From NCBI RefSeq assembly GCF_006345805.1, contig NC_042997.1, forward strand, positions 64,852,001 to 64,916,000: DNA of 64,000 bases, given 5' to 3'. This document shows, in pieces, positions 1-11,239 of this stretch (position 1 is the first letter of the stretch; the number at the start of each line of letters is the position of its first letter). The position numbers and the translations under genes were made by a program. This DNA is from Octopus sinensis. Taxonomy: Eukaryota. The notes below the pieces were generated by a model that worked only from the letters and a program-made list of their open reading frames with translations, ran no database searches and was not told the origin of the DNA.

Positions 1-1555
1 TATATGTTTTTAAGAGTTTTGGTTTATCATGGTTTTTTTAGGGAATTCGTGGTAATTTGTCTATTTTCGATGTTGGTTGTTTTATTACATTGTTTCATTC
101 ATAATTTTTGAGTGGTGTTCGTTTTGCCACGTGAATATTATTTTTAATTCCATTTATTCCATTTCTCCATTCATTAATTTAGAGATGTTCGTTTCCAGAG
201 CGGTTATACTTTTTATACATATGTTAAGTTCCTTGGTAAAGTAATTTTGTTTGGTGTATATGTTGAGGCTTATATGTACTTGTGGGTGTGTGTGAGTGGG
301 GTGGGTGTTTGTATTTGTTATGGGTGTGTGGTTTACGTGTGTGTTTTTGTGTGTGAATGTATAGGTTAAAGGGATTGCTATATAAGTATGTTATAGTGTT
401 TAGTATTGGGAGGTTTTATCATTTCTGTTTTGTGAGTTTTAGCTTATCATGGTAGTTTTATAAAAGAATCCATTCATAATTTTTGTGTTTATTTGTCTGT
501 GTGGGGTTGAGTGGGTTTTTAGAATATATGTTGAGGTTTATATGTATGTATTGGTATGTGTAAGTGGTGTGGGTATTTGTATATGTCGTGGGTGTGTGGT
601 TTACGTGTGTGTATTTGTGTGTGTATGTTTAGGTTAGGGGGATTGCTATATAGGTTTGTTATAGAGTTTAGTAAAGGGAGATTTTATCATTATATGTTTT
701 TATGAGTTTTTGGTTTATCATGATAGGTTTGTTAAGGAATTCGTAGTAATTTGTGTCTATTTGCGATGTCTGTTGTTTTATTGCATTGTTTCATTCATAA
801 TTTTTAAGTAGTGTTCGTTTTTACCAAGTGAATATAATTTTTAATTCAATTTATTCCATTTCTCCGTTCATAGTTTTGAGTGATGTCCGTTTTCTAGAGC
901 GTGAATGTGGGTTGTATGTGTGTGTGTGTGGGAGTATGAATAAGTATTGTGTTGAAGTATTTAGCTATTTTATTTATTTATAGTTGCCTAGACGTTTTTA
1001 TGTGCATGTATAGGGATATATATATAGGTGTGTGATTTAGTGTATGTAGTTAGATATGGTTATATATAATTAGGTATATGTGTATGGGTGTATATAAAGT
1101 TTATTATTATATTATTATTATTTTTTTGTTTTGTTTTATATTTTATATTTTATATTTTATAGTTTATATTTAATTGTTGATAGGTTTTTTTTAGTTTATA
1201 TATTGTTTATATATTGATTATATATGGATTATATATAGGCTATATATGGATTATATACTTATATTTTTTCATTCATACTTTAATTATTTTAAAATTATTA
1301 TTTTTATATTTTAAAATATTGATTTTTTAGATTGGAAGTCCACCTGAAGATTGTCGATCAAGACAAGAAACGATTGTAGTGGCGGTTTTTTTGACTATTT
1401 ATATAAAATTTTATGTATTGATTAAGTCTTTCCTTGTTTGTTTTGCAAAATAGTGGTTTTGTCTCTAATAATATTTTATAATATTTTACTATAAAATTGG
1501 ATTTAATCCTAAATCTGATTTTTTCCCTGTAAATTTGGATTTATTCCCTAATATT

Positions 1556-1560
<5 letters not shown>
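1..1560 (+). mobile_element. 3' tail/pseudo-LTR of a Penelope-like element, ending at a (TA)n tract
   Basis: Strong G/T skew, a hammerhead at 1340-1382, and 1400-1560 is the reverse-complement homologue of 50330-50520, which lies downstream of a GIY-YIG ORF. Ends at (TA)n near 1558. Confidence 0.65.
1340..1382 (+). ncRNA. Minimal type I hammerhead ribozyme
   Basis: CCAC-CTGAAGA-TTGTC(gatcaa)GACAA-GAAA-C(gatt)GTA-GTGG. Intact CUGANGA/GAAA core, 5-bp stem II, 4-bp stem I, GUA cleavage triplet. Confidence 0.85.
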
Positions 1561-1593
<33 letters not shown>

Positions 1594-1623
1594 ATATATA
1601 TATATATATATATAATATATATA

Positions 1624-1654
<31 letters not shown>

Positions 1655-1658
1655 ACGG

Positions 1659-3154
1659 CATAACGTATAATTTAACATATGATAATATAAGGTTGCATCA
1701 TATAACAAATTTTAAGAAAAAAAGTATAAATTACCACCAAATTTTTATGCCATAAAGCATTAAAAATATAAGGAAATAAAAAATAAGAATTATAGAAATA
1801 AAACGTAATATAAGAAAATATAAAAAATATTTAGGATATATATACAAAGATATGAAAATATAAAACATAAAATCTTCACTATATATAAAAAAAAATTACA
1901 ATGTGTAAAAAATTAAATAATTTTATAATTCTAGGTTTACAGTACACGGTGGGATATACGAAAATGATTTACAACTGTCAAAGTATTAATAAAACATACA
2001 AAAATTATGAAAAATATATGAAGTGTATATAAAATGTTAAGATATAAGGATATAAGATATAGGATTTATAAAATATACGAGGAAATATGAGAAAATATAT
2101 CAGGGAAGAATTATACTAAAAGCTATAATACAAAATTATAAAAAAGTTATCCTGAAAGAAATTTTCTTTAAATTGTTTTTTATAAAAGTAAGCCAATAGA
2201 AGATGCTATACTAAGATATAGAAAAAGGAAATAAGGTAATATAAAATGAAAATGTAGAAATGATTATAACAGAATTTTTATATAAATAGTTATAACCAGA
2301 ATATTGATTATTACTATAAGGCATAAGTATACGGGGTTATGATAGAAATAAAATTGGATTACAATTATCATCAGAAATAGCTTAAGAAAATATATTTAAA
2401 ATACTACGAAGAGCAAGGATTGAGGTATGATAGTAACAGATCATAGAGGGTATATTTTATAATTAGGGGAGATTTGAAAATTAAGGACTCGTTAGATAAA
2501 AATAGGATATTTATATTAACTTTGATAGAATAGATTCGCCACTGAGATTGGGTAGGTACATACGATTACTAAGAGTTAATAGATCAAAGGAGTTAAAGAG
2601 AACTTTTTTTTCTTTTTTTAGCCACAAAAAATTATATGATATAATAAATAATTATCCTCTCCTAAAGTATTAAACGATACAGGTGATTTTACGAACACAT
2701 GACAGCCCCAAATCTAATCTATTATCAATTCAGTTGTCCTTATCTTTATATTTAAAAAAAATTCATTCAATTCCATACAACATAATTTACATGCATATCG
2801 GTTATTTATCTACGGTTGAGCTCTACGCACTAAATCAGAATTAAGACTGAAATCGATATTATTGTCTTTAAGTTTCCAGAGTTCCGTAGATAATGAGGTA
2901 CTATTTGCTTTCTCTATATTAAATATTTTGTATTATACTTTCAAGCCTTTGTATATTTATACCCTTTATATTTGTTTATATTTTCTTTTTATATTTTCTT
3001 TTTTTTATTTGGCTATATTTTTATTTTATTACCTTATATTTTTAAAGTTTGCATAGCATAAAAATTTGGTGTCAAGTTATAAATTTATATTTCTTTCATA
3101 AAAACAGCTATATGATGCAACCTTATGTTGTCAAGTATTAACTTAGACGGTATG
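1659..3154. repeat. Diverged inverted repeat pair (~1659-1890 and ~2915-3154) around an A-rich spacer
   Basis: ataaggttgcatcatata...ccaaatttttatgc on the left matches gcataaaaatttgg...tatatgatgcaaccttat on the right as reverse complement, with many mismatches. Confidence 0.65.
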
Positions 3155-3399
3155 TCCTTAATTAGTTATATATAAATTTCATTTATACTGTTTATATATC
3201 TAGATATTTACATTTTGCGTTAATATCAATAAACGAAGGTAAAAACTTGCTCCTTCAATTTATATCCCATCCATAATCCTTTAAGAGGTATTCCTTGTCG
3301 CAGTTTATTTTTCTTCCCTTTTCAGATGGCAATAGAAATAAGATAAAGTTTTAAGTGTGTCATGGTGTTTTCTTGTTTTCCGTAACTCTTGGATGTCTA

Positions 3400-4900
3400 T
3401 CATTTTTGCATGTTCTATTCCGAAAATGGGAAATCTCTACAGACAGAAATTAGTAAAACCCTTAAAAAAAATTGTAAATTATTTGAAACCTCACTAATAC
3501 ATAAATCTGAAAATAACTCTAATCCTGAAATGGAAAAAAAATAACTTCAACTGTCAACATCCTTCTGATATCAAGAAAGCTATACTTCAAGTATGGGCCA
3601 AAAATTATAAAAGCCGTAAATTCGCTTTCTGAAACATGATCAAGAACTCCAATGAAGCACGGATATCCGAGAGATGGATCAACTGAACCTCTCATATCCT
3701 CGCCAGAAAGCTACAAATGAAAACCATCCCCGATGAACCAGCAAAACAGAGAGAACTTAAGGAGAATGTGGTTCTGAGAACTTCAAAATGGAGATAGAAC
3801 TCCTGAAACAATCAGAGCTCAATCCCACGAAGAAAATATTACCTCAATTGATGAAGAAATGGAGGTTGAAATCGCGAAAAAAGCTCAAGGAGAACAATAC
3901 CATTCCACTCTGGACACAGAACTTTGAAAACGCGGAAGTAATCTCACTTCGGCGATGGAATAAAAAACAACAATTCGTTCAGTCACTATGATGACAAATT
4001 CAAGGAGGAAAATCATTCTTGAAAATTAACTAAAAATTATGAACTCCACGCAACCAGAAGAAAGTCGCAACCGGAACAGTACCTGAATGCCCATCCAGCA
4101 CCCAAAATAACCAATACTCTCTTCAGTATTCCAAATACTCATGAAAGACACAAAATGGGAAATTCCAATTCACCCTTCACCGCAAGACAAAACACCTCCA
4201 CTCAAAGATACAGAAACCCATCTCACCCAAAGAACCCTCCACGTCTTAGACGCAACGCCTACATGAATAACTCTTTCGAACGGAACTACAAGAGAAATGA
4301 AAATTCCCCACGTCCGAGACACATTCTACATAATGAAAACTTCGAACAGGACCAATCAAGAAGTAGGACCTCTCCCGCCCAAGACAAATCTTACACAATG
4401 ATCACTTCGTCCAAACCACAAGATATAACTATTACAACAACACCAGTCAGAACCAACCACAACGGAGAACCGGAAATAGACCAAGCGTCAACGGAAGGGA
4501 AATCAACAGGAGCACTAATTCCTTATATCAAAGCCCAAAAATCCATTTTTTAAGCAAACTGGGCCAAAACCGGGACACTCGATGACACCAACCAAATAGG
4601 AGATCCTAAATGTGATAAATCTCTTACATAAAACCTTTCAAATCAACAAGTCAAAATTCTCACAAAAGGACTGAAATTCACCCTGACACCACAAAGATCG
4701 AACCTAAGTGATATACAAAATGTTATCCAGGAATACTGCAGAAAACGTCGAGAGAAGTATCGGATAAAGAAACTAATGATAACTCAATACTTCATAATAA
4801 TGGTAACTACAGTCCAACAAAAGGAAGAAATCAAACCCTGGGTAACTTTTGTGATTTGGTATCCAATTATCCCTATAATTTACTCCCACTTCAATGGAAT
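3400..4900 (+). mobile_element. Degraded N-terminal part of a Penelope-like ORF
   Basis: About 4610-4750 translates to INLSY..LSNQQVKILTKGLKFTLTPQRSNLSDIQNVIQEYCRK, homologous to INLSNKELT..LSKGLKFTPTP.RSNYYEMKDDISEFCRK at 37.1-37.3 kb. Many stops; interrupted by a SINE at about 4905. Confidence 0.7.
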
Positions 4901-4904
4901 TTTA

Positions 4905-5045
4905 AATTCCACAGGGGTCGATGTTGCTTTTCATCGTTACGAGGTCTGTAAATGAAGTACTAGTTGCGTACTGGGGTCGACCTAATCGACTGTACCCATC
5001 CCCCAAAATTTCAGGCCTTTTGCCTGTAGTAGAAATGATTATTAT
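4905..5045 (+). mobile_element. SINE 3' portion with (ATT)n tail
   Basis: ttgcttttcatc...aagtactagttgcgtactggggtcga...aatcgac core shared with SINE copies at 17.0-17.4, 29.1-29.2 and 34.6 kb. Confidence 0.7.
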
Positions 5046-5085
5046 TGTTGTTGTTATTATTATTATTGTCATTATAATTATTGCT

Positions 5086-5295
5086 GTTGTCGAGTGAGAA
5101 CAGCGTATGCATTCAAAGTGACACTTGGGTACAAAATATACGAAGCTCAATATAGCCATCATGACTACCCGTCTAATAAGGGAACATCAAGCGCGTACAT
5201 CATAATACCTAGATTTTCTTCAAGTCGAATAGCCCATCCTGCTCAAAAGTTCCCTGAATAAAGTTTGTTTAAGCATGATGAATGAAACACACCTG
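5086..5295 (-). mobile_element. Internally deleted copy of a non-LTR-like 3'-end repeat
   Basis: Homologous to 5416-5680 (caaagtgacact...aaaatatacgaa...catgactacccgtct) but lacks the middle segment. Flanked by ATT/ATC triplet tracts. Confidence 0.55.
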
Positions 5296-5841
<546 letters not shown>

Positions 5842-5931
<90 letters not shown>

Positions 5932-5936
5932 CATCA

Positions 5937-5977
<41 letters not shown>

Positions 5978-6005
5978 ATTATTATCATTATTATCGTTAT
6001 TGTTA
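5842..6005. repeat. (ATT)n/(ATC)n microsatellite
   Basis: Directly visible. Confidence 0.95.
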
Positions 6006-6009
6006 TTGT

Positions 6010-6089
6010 TCAGGCCACTGCTTGGAATCGAACTTAGAATCTTGGAGTTAGTAGCCCGAGCTTTTACCCACTACGCCATATGTCCGTGG
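6010..6089 (-). mobile_element. Short tRNA-derived SINE
   Basis: Minus strand: ccacggacataTGGCGTAGTGG (A-box-like) ... GTTCGATTCC (B box), then an (AAT)n tail. Confidence 0.7.
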
Positions 6090-6104
6090 CTATCATCATC
6101 GCTA

Positions 6105-6467
6105 TTCTAGGGTCAGTCCCAATGCGTGGCACCTTGAGCAGAAGTCTTGCACTATAACCTCGGACCAAACAAGGCCTTTTGAGTGGATTTGTTTGACGGA
6201 AGACGGTCGTGTATGTGTGTGTGTGCGTGTGTATATGTATGTACGTATGTGTAATTTTATGTGTGTTTTCGTTTGTTTCCCAACGGCGCTTAACAGGTAT
6301 TGGCGTGTTTACGTCCTTGTAACTTTATGGTTCGACAAAAGAAACCGAAAGAATAAGTACAAGGCCTAACAAAAATAAATGTTTGGATGTAATTGTTCGA
6401 ATAAAACCCTACATGGAAATGTTCCAGCATGGCCGCTACCGAACGACTGAACCAAGTAAAAGATAAA
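6105..6467 (+). mobile_element. Degraded tRNA-derived SINE (family A)
   Basis: Colinear with the 12849-13283 copy (cagtcccaatgcgtggcacctt...gtggattt...ccagcatggccgc...gactgaaccaagtaaaag). Confidence 0.75.
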
Positions 6468-7249
6468 TATTGCCATTATCATCATAGCCATCATTATCCT
6501 CATCATCATCACTCTTAAGCATTTTCACCCCACAGCAAAATGTTGGTAATCCGTCCTATAGCTTCACACTCTTCTGTATGAGAACTGTATAGCGCAGCCA
6601 TCACACGGCTACAACTTATCTTATTTCTATACCGACTGCACCCACGTATTTCACTTGTTCTCCATTCACTACACTCTTTTTCTGTCTGAAGTCATTTCTT
6701 CGGCTCACGTATTCTACTCAACTAAATAAATTGTTCGATGTCCTGATTTTTTTTTCTTTTAGCATTCATATACATTAACAGTTTTCCCTCATCTTTTTAG
6801 TGATTTATAATGTACATTTTTACATACAATTTTATGCTGTATGTTTTTATTCATCAGCCATATTTATGCTCCATATCTTTTTTCTCTCTCATAACTCATC
6901 AAATGTACACATTCAGGATTACATTTGTATTTTTAAATCGTATATTGGTTGTATTCTTCTTTCAGCGACTCTCGTCAATAAAATCGTTAGTAGAGAATTT
7001 TACAGTATTATGACTGTCTTCGCCATTTCTAAATATTTAATTTTAGTCGTCCTTAGTCGACCTCTATGTAAATTTCTTTAGCAACTTTTAGCATTTCATA
7101 AACATGATATTGGAAGAGGACTTAAGCATTCGCACACTGCCCTATGTGGGTACGAATGACACACCCACGCACACATATAAATATGTAAGCAAATAAATAT
7201 GTGTGTGTATATATATTTATAAATATATATATTTATATATATATATATT

Positions 7250-7327
<78 letters not shown>

Positions 7328-7798
7328 TATATAAATGTCTTCTGCATGTGAATTAAAAATAAAAGTGAATGCCCTTTCACACTGTTAATGCACAGCTATG
7401 CTATTCCGACATCTAACTCAGTGCTTTTGTTATTAAAATACCTTGACTATTGGATCCTGAAAATGATTATAATCTATATACGCAAGTATTTGTGGGTGAA
7501 TGTGTGTGTTCCCTTGTTCGAAGGTTATATGGATACAGTTGTGTATCAAATAGCTAACTTAAGGCGATGGCCTCATGGAGCTAATAAGCGGACAGCTTTT
7601 TTCTTATTTTTATAAGAATGCCATATTAGTATGGCGATAACTATTATTTTCCGGGAACGCTGCCGCTGTTCTCTTTTAGAGAGACTTAGTTATTTTAATA
7701 TTTCTATTATTGAAAACAAGTGGATGTATTCCACCGAAACTAGGTAAATAAAACCATCGAACAGAGATTGTCGGAAGCGACACCTACTGGCTGGCTAC

Positions 7799-7840
7799 GC
7801 TGCATTGAAAAGGGGCAATACCCCGAAACGCGTCTGTAGC
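7799..7840 (+). ncRNA. Type I hammerhead ribozyme, U3-A8 core variant (copy 1)
   Basis: GCTGCA-TTGAAAA-GGGG(caata)CCCC-GAAA-CGCGTC-TGTAGC. 6-bp stem I (one GU), palindromic ACGCGU stem III, GUC cleavage triplet. Confidence 0.8.
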
Positions 7841-8159
7841 TGCCGGTCAAGTAGTGTGGAGCGACTGACCTCCCTTGTTCGAAGGTTATATGGATACAGT
7901 TGTGTATCAAATAGCTAACTTAAGGCGATGGCCTCATGGAGCTAATAAGCGGACAGCTTTTTTCTTATTTTTATAAGAATGCCATATTAGTATGGCGATA
8001 ACTATTATTTTCCGGGAACGCTGCCGCTGTTCTCTTTTAGAGAGACTTAGTTATTTTAATATTTCTATTATTGAAAACAAGTGGATGTATTCCACCGAAA
8101 CTAGGTAAATAAAACCATCGAACAGAGATTGTCGGAAGCGACACCTACTGGCTGGCTAC

Positions 8160-8201
8160 GCTGCATTGAAAAGGGGCAATACCCCGAAACGCGTCTGTAG
8201 C
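8160..8201 (+). ncRNA. Type I hammerhead ribozyme, U3-A8 core variant (copy 2)
   Basis: Identical to 7799-7840, 361 bp downstream. Confidence 0.8.
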
Positions 8202-8426
8202 TGCCGGTCAAGTAGTGTGGAGCGACTGACCTCCCTTGTTCGAAGGTTATATGGATACAGTTGTGTATCAAATAACTAACTTAAGGCGATGGCCTCATGG
8301 AGCTAATAAGCGGACAGCTTTTTTCTTATTTTTATAAGAATGCCATATTAGTATGGCGATAACTATTATTTTCCGGGAACGCTGCCGCTGTTCTCTTTTA
8401 GAGAGACTTAGTTATTTTAATATTTC

Positions 8427-8479
<53 letters not shown>

Positions 8480-10260
8480 CTTAGAAAGAAAGAACCTGTA
8501 GAAAATGAAGGAGTGTTTATGTGTGTGATTTGTGGAAGGGAATGCGTGAGTTGTGCCCACCGGATTAGCCATCAGATAACTCACAGGAAATCTACCCATT
8601 GTAAATTGCATTATGGCTATTGTTCAAAACAGATGTGCAACTGACGAAAAGGTGTACATTTGAGTTTGAAGATTGAAAAGGCATGTCAAAAGAATTCATA
8701 CTGCGGCACCAGTTCCCTGTGCAAGCCATTACAATGGCCTCATATTGCATAATCAATGAATCATTTCAAGGATTCTTTCAAGCAATGGCTTTGTTTCTTA
8801 TGTCCAACATTTCTCGCAGGGCGCTTACACTCTGTCGTGTGTGCACACTGACATTACACGTCCAGCGGATCATGCTAGCTTCATTTCTTTCGGACCTCCG
8901 CATGTCCTCAGCTGTTACAGCCTATGTTTCACTGTCGTGAAGCATGGCAGTTTGCACACATGCATCATACAATCTACCTTTCACTTTGAGCGAAATGCCC
9001 TTTGTCACCAGTAGGAGTAGAAGCTTTCTGCGCTTTGCCCAGGCTGTTCTTATTCTAGTTGTAAGACTCTCTCAGCATCTAGCTCCAATACCAACTTGGT
9101 CACCTAGGTAGCGGAAGCTATCAACTACTTCTAGTTTCTCCCCCTAGAATGTGATGGGATCTGTTTTCTGAGTGTCTGTGGTATTTATTGCCCCTGTGAT
9201 TCTGCCGCACACGAAAGCTATCTTCCCGGTTTATCTTCCTTTGATATTGCTGTACACATTATGCGTCCATAGCTTACACTGGGTACCTCTTAGGCAGTTT
9301 CTACCTACACTTTTTCTACAGATCGAGCAGGGTCACCTACCTGAAGGGGTGTGTGATGTGTTCGCCTTCCGATTTACTAGAACTTTGGTCTTTGCAACAT
9401 TGACTCTAAGGCCTTTCGATTCTAAACCTTGCTACTACACCTGAAATTTCTTCTCTTTTTTCTGGTATTGATTCTGCTATGAGGGCCAGATCATCAGCAT
9501 TGGGGAGCTCCCAGTGAAGACTTGTCTTGAACTCCTCTGTTATTGCCTGGAGGACTATGATGAATAAAAGGGGACTGAGGGCTGATTCTTGGTGGAGCCC
9601 TACTTCTTCACTATACTCATTGCCAATCCTAACCTTACAAACGGCCTCTGTGTATAGCGCCTGTACAACTCTTATTAACCATTCGTCTATCCCCAGTTTC
9701 CGCATCGCTCACTAGATAAGTGATCGGGGGACCCTATCAAAGGCTTTCTCCAACTCCACAAAAGCTAAGTATAGGGGTTTATCTTTGGCTAGGTATTTCT
9801 CCTGCAGTTGCTGCACCAGTAATATAGCATCATTGGTGCATCTGCCTGACACAAAACCGAACTGCGTCTCATCTAAGCAGACTCTCTCCCTAATGAGATG
9901 GGCTATGGCTTTCATCACCTGATCCAGCAGTTTGATACCCCTGTATTTATTTCTATCTAAAGAATCACCTTTACCGTCGTAGCAGTTGACAATGGTACTG
10001 CTACGCCAGTCATTGGGTATGACTCCATCATGAAATACCTGGTTTACAATGCGGGAGACTAGGCCATAGCCCACACCACCAGAAATTTTAAGCATCCCAT
10101 TAGTGATTCTTGATGGGCTTTTCCTGGCTTCATACCCTTAATTACTTTATCTACCAGGGAGCTGTCTATTCGGATAGCTGGTCCTTCTACTGGGTCAACA
10201 TTTGGCAGGCTCTCCACCTCCTATTCATTCTCCACGTTCAGCAGTATTTTATAATGTCTT
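8480..10260 (-). mobile_element. 5'-truncated RTE-clade LINE, reverse transcriptase pseudogene
   Basis: IPNDWRSSTIVNCYDGKGDSLDRNKYRGIKLL, QFGFVSGRCTNDAI, LAFVELEKAFDRVP, GLHQESALSPLLF, NADDLALIAES (decayed YADD). Frameshifts and stops. Confidence 0.9.
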
Positions 10261-10310
10261 TTCCATCTTTGATTATATGATCCGTAATCAGAATATAACT
10301 TCCTCGAATT

Positions 10311-10379
<69 letters not shown>

Positions 10380-10383
<4 letters not shown>

Positions 10384-10560
10384 GAAATGAGGTAATCAGA
10401 AGATCGGATGGTTTGTATTTAGAGATATTTATTTATATATTACATTTTTTACATATATATCATATCACTTAGTTCAATCGCGCTTTCTCCCATTCTATTG
10501 GGGTTTTCAAATGAAAATAAGTTCCTTCGCTGGGGATTTTAATCATTTTATAGTTTCTGG
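10380..10560 (-). mobile_element. Degraded PLE 3' end
   Basis: Minus strand KELIFI*KPQ*N resembles KELYFIIKFRPSLN at the end of the 39.3-kb PLE ORF, followed by a tail that ends at (TA)n. Confidence 0.4.
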
Positions 10561-11239
10561 TTGCGGTGGGGAGGAATGTAAGACAGTACAAGAGGGTGAG
10601 GTGGATGAGGAGGAAGTGGGAAGGAGAACATGTGTGTATGTGTGTGTATGTGCGTGTGCGTGTATGTGCGTGTGTGTGTTTGTATCTGAGGTGATGCTAA
10701 AGAGAAAGAGGGGAAGGGAGAGGGAAGAAGAAGGAAAGAAGTTTTTTGGTCTGCTGGACAAGATATTGACTTCAAGGGGTTTCAGTTTTGACCACTTCAC
10801 ACAGTGTCATTGAGTGTGTGATGGTATGAGGTAAGCCATAAATTATATTTCCTTTTAACATTGTTGGGATGGTCAGATGTCTTTTTGGGTTTTTAAGAAT
10901 TCTTGTCACTTTGTATGATCGTTTTGTGGAGGTGTGTGTGTGTGTGTGCGCGTGCGTGCGCGTGTGCGTCTGTGCGTCTGTGTGTTTGGAGAAGGGGAGA
11001 GAGACAAAAAAATATAAGGAAAAAGAAAAAGAAAAATAAGGGAGGAAGGGGAAAACAAAGTTGTGTTGATATTTATACCACTATATACATATATACACGC
11101 TTATACGTGAAATATTTGAAAAAAACCTTTTTATCGGTTCAAAATGAACAACTAAATTACATCATCTTGAAAATTGTATATCATAGGAAAGTTAAAATTA
11201 AAGTGACAGTTAAAAAGTAAAGATGAAGTAAATTATAAA

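Larger units (their letters stand above)
7510..8431 (+). mobile_element. Tandem 361-bp ORF-less repeat (about 2.55 copies) with a hammerhead per full unit; retrozyme-like non-autonomous element
   Basis: Units start at 7510, 7871 and 8232 (tcccttgttcgaagg). I saw only one substitution between copies. The third copy ends in (TA)n at about 8431. Confidence 0.85.
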
